Below, piece by piece: positions 54,407 to 64,000 of a stretch of DNA of 64,000 bases. The DNA comes from Trichoplax adhaerens (Eukaryota > Animalia > Placozoa): the NCBI RefSeq assembly GCF_000150275.1, contig NW_002060953.1, positions 1,275,693 through 1,339,692 of the forward strand, given 5' to 3'. Position 1 is the stretch's first letter; every line of letters starts with the position of its first letter. Made by a program: the position numbers and the translations under genes. A model generated the notes under the pieces. The model saw nothing but the letters and a program-made list of their open reading frames with translations, searched no databases and was not told the DNA's origin.

Positions 54407-55969
54407 TTGATTGAAATGTTAATTTAAATTTTAAAAATCGAAGGTTCATTTCTGATTATTTTAAAGATCGCTGTTATTGTTAGATAGTTTTGTATGAACT
54501 GGAATGTGAAAAATTAAGTAAAGAATTAAGTGAATCATAACTTATAAGCGATTATTTTTTTCATGCTAGAAATTATTCATCCCAATGTAAAAACTCTATT
54601 CTGAAATTTAGTCTTAAAAGCCACTTCAATCTTGACCTAATAATCGATATATTTTAGTAATACTAAAAACCAATCTAAATTATGCTTTACTATAAATTAT
54701 AATACTGTTATAAGTAGGAAAAATAGTAATAATGTTCCATAAGAGCACAAATGAATATTAGCGAGTATCTTATCAAATAATTCAAAGAGATGACTTAGCT
54801 TATGGTAAATGTGAGAAAAATTATTTTGTTAAATATCTTTTAAGCACTAATCTCAATAATTGCAGGTCTAAAGGGAAAATATGTATCTCATTCAATTACC
54901 AAATAGTTATACAGACTTTAAGAATGATTCCTTTGAATTAGAATATTAAATCAAATGCTAAACTTCTAATCCGTAAAAGGTACATGTTTAATAGCCACCT
55001 AAAGTAAATGAAATTACGCATTCGAACTATAATTTTCGTTTAAATCAAGAACAATTTTTGTGACAATTTCTATTATTTTATGCTATTATATCTCGTATAC
55101 TTTTGAACATTGAAATTAAGAAATAGTATTTTGCAAAATTTAGGTGTATTGGTGTGCCATGAGTAGTACTACATATATGCAAAATATACTTGAGATCCAA
55201 AAATTAAAAAAATTTCTTATTCAATCGCTAACAAACTTTATATTGGCGATATTTGCTCAACTACTTTAATCAATAAGCTTTAGATCAGCTTTATTTAATT
55301 CCGTATAAATATCATCAGTATGGAAAGATTAGATTTGAAGAGTGGAATATTATTACCACTTAGAAATTTTACGGACTAAAAACATTAATTTAACATCGAA
55401 GATAAATAGAAAAATTTATCAAATCATTATAAGTCCGATATATGGCAACAACATCAACATTATAACTTTCAGTAAGATTCTCGGTAGAATATTTTGCATA
55501 GATGTACTAAATTTTTTCAAGAAGCTAATAATAGCAATTTCTGACGAGTCTGATGTAGCTATGAAAAATTCCATGCCTTGAACAACTTTTGAGGATTTCA
55601 AATGAAAATAAACGAAAATATTTATGCTACCCAAATATCTATGTTTTCAAATAAAGCTTTCACTTAATCCTTTAATGTACTTTTTATTTGAAAATATAAT
55701 ATTCTTAAGAAGTTAATGAAAAAATATAATAATATAATCTAGTCACTAAGATTATTTATATTTATACGTCACATATCTATGGTTTCATATACGTACAGAG
55801 TAGGGTGGAATCGAGTATCATTCTTCTTCTAACGTAAACATTGATTTTGATAGCATTAAACATTTACTTTAACTAATTATAAGATTGCAGGTTCGATCCA
55901 AATATATTACCAAATAATCTTGGTATTACGAATGATATATACGAAAAATTTTCGAGTGTAATAATAGAC

Positions 55970-56533
55970 TGTCACAAATCAGCTTTGTGACAAAGATAAT
56001 TTAAAACAAATCTCTAAATTACTATAGTCCTCCGGATTCAGTATCCCTTTAGTATCTCACGAGAACTTTGACGCTTTGTTTCTACATTAAACAACTATAG
56101 AACTCCTTTATTATTCAACTATCTGCCAAGCTTAATACCCTTTGACAGCAGCTTTCATGTATGAGTCATAACAGTTCATGAAATTTAGTTCATATTGGAT
56201 GGCTAAATTAATATAGAAATCATTTATAACCTTAGACATTTACTGAATGATTCTTTTTAATTAGATTACAGTATGTCCATACACAGAATTATTTATCGTA
56301 TCACCTATAATTGAATATTTTTAGGATATTCATGACAAGCGTTACAAGACAACCCTATAATCAATTAACTTTAGCTACCGTATAAGAACTCTTACTACAG
56401 TACAGCATAATTTACTGTAATAAAATAATAACTACCGTAGTTCTTCCTGTTAGTCATTATTAGTTATCTCCACATATAAATGTTGACCACTAAATTTAGT
56501 TATTTACTCTTCATTGTTATTCGCACCGTAATA
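55970..56533 (-). mobile_element. Solo LTR-like element, family C
   Basis: TGTCACA...CCGTAATA; homology to 31385-31807 and to the ends of 42392-42827; TSD ambiguous. Confidence 0.75.
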
Positions 56534-57118
56534 GCCCCTTATTCTAATATTAAAATTGCTTCTAAAAGCAATCAAATTAGCTCAAATTGACTTTTCTATT
56601 TTTCTCCTTATTGTGACACACTACATCAGCTCTATTACCAACTTATAACGACATTTATAGGCAGCTACCGGTAAAGTTTTTTGACTGTACTTTACTGTTG
56701 GTTAAGAACTTACTCTAGTATTACGTAGCTAGTATCTCTAATTATCACATACGGAAGTTGTGCGGTGAATATTTACTGTTACACTCACAGTTGCGATAGA
56801 CTTATATTAAGATGTAATTTCTTCATTCATATACGATACGGTATTTATTATCGCTTTAAGTAATAAACCCGTAGCATTTCAAAATGAGAATGACCAGACC
56901 ATTTAAGAACTCGATACATGTATTACTTTTGATGTATTAAGCACCGATACAAAAATAGTCAAGCATCCTTATATAAATATGTGATAAGCTTTATAAATTA
57001 TTTATAGCTAATTTTTATTTACTCATAAAGGATCGAAAATTTTCCCTAATGATGTAGTTTTTATTGCAGGCGTATATAACTTCTGCAGTATACCTAATAA
57101 ATTCTATGAATAAAATGT

Positions 57119-57742
57119 TGTGACAGTGTTACATACTGTAATAGTGTAGAAATATCTATCTTAGGATAATTCTGTTAGCCTATCCTTATTTAGTTAACTT
57201 CTAATTTGGATATACTGTGTTCTAATATAGCACTAACTTTTTCGATAGTGACACATATACACATACTGAAATTAATAGTTATAATAGGGAATGCAAATCA
57301 TCTGCTTACAGTTTGAATCATTGTGATTGTAACTTACTTATGATAGATTGTAAATTATCGTGGAAATGTTCCGTGATAGAACATATCATAATCTGACGAT
57401 TCTGTATTAGTCATCAGATGTCTATGTTCGTAAATACTGTTGTCTGCAATAAGGGAGCAGTAGCTATGATTAATATCTAATTCAATGAATGATTCCAAAG
57501 TTAATCGTACTATGATTAATGAACTATTAAGGAATAGTATATAAATGCAGTATATCAAGTAATAAAGTGGATTCTTAAACTAAGCGTTTAACGTAAAATA
57601 CTGGGCGTTAAGTCTTTGTGTAGTCTGCTATAAGAGCAAAAGTGTTTCTGATAGAGCAGATATCGTTCCTTGATACGTGGTTCAAGGAATTGACTTATTG
57701 ATCGTACATTACGTTATCTTGTTGCAAAGCTGTTTTGTGATA
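57119..57742 (+). mobile_element. Solo LTR-like element, family A, 624 bp
   Basis: TGTGACA...TGTGATA; flanks AATGT/AATGC; TATATAAA at 57538, AATAAA at 57561; inverted copy of 34239-34867. Confidence 0.88.
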
Positions 57743-60301
57743 AATGCACACTTTTCCTTTATATAACAGAAGCCGTCATTTAGCTTAACGTAAATTTACT
57801 GTGTTTACCATTTGTTGCAATATTTAGTACTATGATCGGGATGTAGTACGAGTATGTCATACATAGTCAGGATTCAACTTTAATTTTCGGCTTTGTTACC
57901 TCTAATCCTTCATGAAGAATTCCTATCATAATATTATAATAGAGATTCAGTGACATGCTTTCTTTTTTTAGTGATACCTTATTTTGTGATTGCAGTCACT
58001 ACACTTTGTTTTTCTAGCCCGGACCAGGGTTTCTTACGTTCTTTACGATGAATCCTCAGCTTGTGCTCTTTCACGTCCGGAACTTTGTGCGTTCCGCGAC
58101 ATTTATTCTATTATCTTGTTTACTATTTATATGCTAACTTCTTTTTACATAATTTTTATATTCACATAAGAACTATTTTCGGTTACTTACTATTTTATTA
58201 TGCAGCAATTTGTAACAGATTGCTTAATCAATTTTCTATCTAGTAAATTAAAAATAAGTATATTAATGTGATTTTACTTTATTAAAGTAGCACAGAATGG
58301 CAGGTAATTGCAACAATCCTCATATTTCTGGTAGATTACTTTTGTTAGTAACAGCAATTGCATCGGTTATTTTTCCTATGCGTCCGCATTGCGCGATAAT
58401 TTTAAAAAGTAGAGCATTAGAAAGATTAGGTAAATTATTTTGGAAGGAACGTAGCTCTATTACTCGTAAAGGAATTATTACTATATCAAACTGGAAAATA
58501 GTATAGTAGGTAAAATCGATAAAACAATTCTTCGTTGAGAAATGCCTGTCCTCAAATTAATCTTGTTAATTAATTTCTGTAGTAGTGATAGGCAATTGTT
58601 TACTGTCGTATTGCTAATTTTAATAGTTCTTTTATGTTTGCATGTCGCTTGAAACGGATTATTAAAGTATCCTTAGAACGACTACAATATTTGCATTACA
58701 CTTAGGGCCACAAACAGATTGTGGTCTTTAGCGTAAAGCAGCGTTACATAAAATTATGAAATTGATACATATTTTTGATTTCTGTTTTTCAATGACTGTT
58801 AAAGCAACCAAAATTCGCTAATTAACGATGATTACTCTGTATACCCACAAATGTTCCTAAAGTAAAAAGGCTTTGGCCCAATTTTTTCTCAGATATACTG
58901 AAACAAAAATACGAGCTTATTGGATATTGTACTTGTTATATCTTTAATCAATATGATGACGCAGACTGACACATAGATAGATCCCTGTAAAGAATATACC
59001 TTTTTATTTTATGGGCTTAACCTTATATACCAGCCCACTTATAGCTTGTACCGTACTGTTAGTAATACATAATACCAGATATTTAGGCTTCTTTACATAC
59101 GCGTTACTGTACCAGATCTTCTGAATAATTGCAATCATCTGGTAACTAATCTACAGTTCTGTTATATCACTGTCCACATAACGACACATGGTACTGTAAG
59201 TGAAAATCTAAGCAAGAACTGATAAATTCTATCAGTTGTACGGGACGAAAAACTATTGTTTGTAAAGCCCGAGCTATGTGCATGTAGTTGATATTCTTAC
59301 TCGCATTAAAGTGTCAAAGATGGAAATTTGATTCCGGATAACATCAATACTTAGATATTGTACATTGCATAATTATGGTTGTTTAGAAGTAAACATAGTG
59401 ACTTTTGAATTTTCAGAATTAATGTCGTACCGTGCATGTTTCCTTTTTCTTGCCTTGTATGGAAAAGTAATTGACGTTTTGCTTAAATCGATAATTTCGC
59501 ATCACATAGTCCTTACCTCATTCTATTTTCCTAACTTCATGTTGCAAACAATTTATAATAATTGTAATCCAGACTTACAAATCTGGAAAAATTTAGAATT
59601 TTACTATTGTCAGTCTACTATATGCTTTATCGCTAGCAAATGTACCAGAAATACCAGATTTACAGTAAAATGAATTTATACGCCAATTAATTGCCAACTG
59701 AATGGGAAAGAACTATTTGTTACTTAAGAGCAGATTTTTAATCGCTATCTTAGGGATTCGACAGTTTCATTTATATATCTGTAATTTAAGATGTATTTTT
59801 CGATATGCTTTAAAATATGAAGTATTAAGTTTTTTTACTAAGATTTGAATTTGAACTATCTACATTAAAATAAAATGATTGCTCGAAAGATACAGTTGGA
59901 TTTTCAAAGTTTTTCTTTTATTATTGATGCAGTGATAGAAAACATAACGATGGCTATAACAGTAGACTTTATAATGGTCAATTTACATAACTTATTAGTT
60001 ATACGCAGCTGAATCTATAACCTATTTAATATTGCTATTCATGGCTCGATCTTATCCTTTCTCAAAATAATGCTCTAGGCTATTACAGCATGTAGATAAG
60101 TAATAAATCATTCAAGCTATCAGAAGACTCCTTAAGCAATTTGAAATCATACTATGAACAAATGTCTCCACCTTTGTAAATTTGAAATTAGAAGGAATTT
60201 TTAAGTCTGACTCAGTTTGCAAGGTGGTAGGTAGATCTAGAAATTTGTCGAAAATTTGGCGATCAAAAGATGCAGTCATTATAGTGAACTTTGCAGAAGG
60301 C

Positions 60302-61318
60302 ATGGCAAATAATTCTACGGAAACTTCTAATCACGAAGAAAATGTCTCAGAAATCTTAACTGATGCTATCATATGGGCAGTTATTGGAGTAGTTACGGTT
60401 ATTACTAATTTTTCGATATTTGTATGCACCGTTACCTCGAACATAAATCAGAACCCATTTTTTACAGTTCTTAATAGTTCATTTCTTATTGGTATTTTAT
60501 TTGGAGGATTTTATATTTTACCTCAATGGGCTGCAGAATACTTTACAAGCGAAATACCAGGTTTATGTTTTCTTCTACCTTCTCTTGGCAGTCTATTGCT
60601 ACTGTGTTATAATTTACATCAGTGCTTCATAAGTATTGATCGATACTATGCGGTAAAATGGCCAATTTGCTATCGTAAAAAAATACATAAAAGCTGTTAT
60701 ATCTATTTTATAACTGCTATTTGGTTGTTTTCACTTCTCTTCGTAAGCATACCTTTCATGGCCTACCGAATAGTAGAAGTTGAAAATTGTACCAACCTGA
60801 GTGATGAAACGGCGGAAAATGTTTTTCTCTTCATAACGTTTATTGCAACGAATATTTTGCCCGTAATCATTATAATCTTTTGCTATGCTAATATATACCA
60901 TAAATTCCATCGCCAACGTTCAAAAACTTTTGCATTGACTATCTCTGCGAATCAGCAATCAAAGCGAAGTGTTGATAATAAAACTATTAAGGCCTCTATA
61001 CAAATGGGATTTTTGGCAATAATTTTTATGGTACTGATGCTGCCGTCGACATTCATCTTTACATTTGGATCATTGGGATTGATGTCATCACTACCTGGTA
61101 TAGTTGCCTACCATTTACATATAGTCAGTAGATATGTTTCATTCCTCTATCCAGCTGTAAATCCTTTACTATACTGCTACTTTGTTGATAGTATCCGATC
61201 TGCTGTAAAGAGTAAAATATTAACAAAATTATGTTTTCATAATGAAAATTCAGTATCGGTCTATCAAGAAAGAAATAATAGTGGTACAGTGCTAGTAAAT
61301 TACACAAGTAACAGTTAA
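60302..61318 (+). CDS. Class A orphan GPCR 6, about 338 aa (ATG at 60302, MANNSTE...)
   Basis: First in-frame ATG at 60302 is followed by sequons NNS/NST/NVS; LCYNLHQCFISIDRY, RYVSFLYPAVNPLLY. Confidence 0.94.
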   Translation: MANNSTETSNHEENVSEILTDAIIWAVIGVVTVITNFSIFVCTVTSNINQNPFFTVLNSSFLIGILFGGFYILPQWAAEYFTSEIPGLCFLLPSLGSLLLLCYNLHQCFISIDRYYAVKWPICYRKKIHKSCYIYFITAIWLFSLLFVSIPFMAYRIVEVENCTNLSDETAENVFLFITFIATNILPVIIIIFCYANIYHKFHRQRSKTFALTISANQQSKRSVDNKTIKASIQMGFLAIIFMVLMLPSTFIFTFGSLGLMSSLPGIVAYHLHIVSRYVSFLYPAVNPLLYCYFVDSIRSAVKSKILTKLCFHNENSVSVYQERNNSGTVLVNYTSNS

Positions 61319-62565
61319 ATACTAGATAAAATTGCCAGTAGTAAGATTATAATGACAGATACCAGAGCAAAGTATTTTCTATAATAGAGCGTGTTAGAGA
61401 ATTCTAATTATGGAGCGTTGTTAATTCACTGTTTTCTAAGTTCAAAGTATTTGCATTCTATAAATGAAGTCATAGTTTATGACATAAAGATGTACAATAT
61501 AGAGATTTCAGAAAAGGTATGAGTAGGTTGACGGTAGAGAAAAGAGGAAAGTAAGCGATAAAATCTTTCCGCTTCGTTAACCGTGATAATCGTATTACTG
61601 CAGCTAGATATATCAAATCACCGAATTATTTTACACCAAAATGTTATAATTACTGTGGAATTCAGTCTTTATTTCAAATGTTATCCTAAAATTAAATTTA
61701 AGTGCCTTAATCTTATTTAATCTGTTATATCATTCCCTCTTAGATTTTCTTTTCATTGTTACAATATACTTTAATTTATGTGAAAAAAAGCTTTTTCAAG
61801 TACACTCTTTCATAATCTAGTTGCAGACGATAATTATATATGGCATGACATAGAATAGTTAAGATTCTTAATAAACTGACATTTCTAGCAAGAGAACTTG
61901 CTGATGCACTGAGATTATAGCGAAATAATTTTAATAATGTTTCTGTAAAAAATTTAAATCCAGTCAAAAACGTCAGTGATGATTGTTAAAATTTAAGACA
62001 ATTTGAGTTGGCATCTGATATTAATGGAGGATGAGAGCTAACAGCTATGAAAAGGTCTAATTATATATGCAACTGACAAGAATATCTTCAACTACCCTAG
62101 TAAAGATAACTTTTTAAATATATATTTAATTAGCCCAGTAGCAGCTTCTGCTGGCGCCTATACGCAGCGTATTATCATCCTATTTTCCATATAAGAAATA
62201 GATAGTAACTAATTACATTGCGTATATCCATTAATTGAGAGCGTTATTTTAATCGTCAAGATAGATAAGATATCTTTGTTATAATAGGAGATCTTAGGCT
62301 AATTTCAACATTATTTATGTTACTTAATCTTGTCAACATTACAGTATCAAATTTAAATTATTCACAAGTAAATTAAGCTTGTTATAGTTCTCATACTAAG
62401 ATGGCTTCCCATCTTTATTAATGACTTTCTGGATACAATATTATAACAGAATTTGGTAGAGATAAAATAACTAATACTTAATCAGCTCATTTCCTTGGTA
62501 TTGTCATCTTATTATCTAGCTTTTATCCTTGTGACTTACAGTATTTAAGGAAGTATAACCTATTC

Positions 62566-63920
62566 GTAATGAAATGAAAAGTGTAGAAATCAAGTTGCAA
62601 AACTTTAATAGACTTTGATTCTACTTTCGTTGCACTCCGGTCGACTTGACGAAACTTTGACACCAAATAAAATTTGGGGAAATAATTGATCAACAATTTA
62701 TTACAAAAAAATGGAGAAGTATAAACCGAACAATCTTACAAAAACTTAACTTTAAATATTAATAAAATAAGTGACAGACTAAAAAAATGTCAACAACCAA
62801 ACAACCTTTCAAAAAGAACTACGTTTTAACTTACAACAATTCAACCTCAAAGGCCTTTTAAATTCAACAAGTACTTCAAACAATCTTCTTCTACTCTCCC
62901 TCTAAATTTTCTAATTGCACTATCATTTATAGGCTTCGTAGAGCCGTCAGAGGTATTTAAAACTAAACATTTACTAACCAATCGCTCTTGATCCGTTTTA
63001 GAAAACTACTTTGCACCATTTAAGAAAACAAAAATCATTCAAAGTTCAGACACAATTTACCCTACGATTCCCTTACAAAATACTATAAAACCAAAAAGTT
63101 AACTATAATATATATCAAACTTCACTTCTAACATAATTTCTATCATTAATGCATTATAAAAGTCTAAAAATTAACCTTTAAACATCAAGATTTAGTCATA
63201 AAAGTAACAGTCTAACTACTTAACAATCTACACAACCTCTGCCAATTTCCATCTTATTTTCTATTTTCCTAACTAACTTTCCTAATGTGACTTTCAAGTC
63301 ACATTAGGAAATTCCAAAGTTTCAAATTCATAGCAAAAAGTTCAAATTTCAAAAATCGACTCTTAAAAACGATATTTTTCATGAACAAAAATTCAAAAAT
63401 TAAAACAGGAAAATTATATCAGACATAAATCCGACCGGTTCCGGAATCCGAATCCGAAAAATCCGGATTTTATAAAGATCACACTAATCGCTTATCAAAA
63501 ATTTTATATGACTATTACGACTACTTTTCTGACATTAGTATCACTGAGTATTGATAGTTGATGTTTTAGCGTCAGATTGTACAATAACTGTACGATTATA
63601 GACTACATTACAGTACTTTACTGTCATGTCATAAATCCCCTTTCTCTAAGGATAGGGTTTTGTTACTATGTCAATTTTACTTACAGTTTGAATAGACGAT
63701 CAAACGCCCTTTCTTTAGATGAAGCATTTGCTCTCGGGCTGCTTCTATAGTAATCTATATAATACCTTGTAAAATAATGAAGAAGAAAAGATGGCGACAT
63801 GATGATTTGGCAGGGTAAAACTTAAAGGCACTATCACTTTCTAGGTATTTTCTATAGTAAAATAATACTAGTTACCTACTAAAAGCTATAAAGGACTCTA
63901 CTTTTAGTCCTTTACTACAC
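62566..63920. mobile_element. 1.36-kb hairpin-ended element (copy 2)
   Basis: Full-length homolog of 26637-28002 in unrelated flanks; terminal stem TAAAGGACT/AGTCCTTTA at 63889-63914; no TSD. Confidence 0.85.
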
Positions 63921-64000
63921 GAGACTGCAAGATCAAATAATGACCCTTTCTTGCGACGATAATCCGAAATGATAGTAGACTATAGGGCACCGGTATATTA

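Noticed and set aside
60182-60301. 40-aa N-terminal extension of GPCR 6 (and 5 aa of GPCR 3) in the ORF track
   Set aside because: TTG starts are unlikely in an animal; downstream ATGs give typical glycosylated N-termini.
4315-61318. Opsin or aminergic receptor identity for the GPCRs
   Set aside because: No Lys at 7.43 and no Asp at 3.32.
1-64000. CRISPR arrays, tRNA/rRNA genes, prokaryotic operons, intact transposase or reverse transcriptase genes
   Set aside because: No regularly spaced repeats, no recognisable RNA gene, and the only long ORFs are the six GPCRs.

Overview
AT-rich animal genomic scaffold with two 50-N gaps. It is most likely placozoan (Trichoplax-like); this is an inference from base composition and GPCR style. 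Six intact single-coding-exon class A (rhodopsin-type) GPCR genes lie on the + strand. They form one paralog family with a rewired core: Gly at 2.50 instead of Asp, a TM3 NLHQC-type motif, and W6.48 lost in five of six. A seventh, unrelated GPCR is a broken pseudogene. The spacers are crowded with small mobile elements. These include about 18 solo-LTR-like units (TG...CA ends, mostly 5-bp target-site duplications), some nested and one seen as both filled and empty site. There is also a 1.36-kb TSD-less element with subterminal hairpins (two copies plus a head-to-head fold-back derivative), a MITE and a possible Helitron remnant. Missed by the ORF track, a heavily decayed multi-exon RIG-I/MDA5-like helicase gene appears to lie on the minus strand at about 25.1-30.8 kb, with its motifs in the correct order. 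Weaker remnants of death-domain, TPR and Myb coding sequence occur elsewhere. All alignments were done by eye; no database searches were run.
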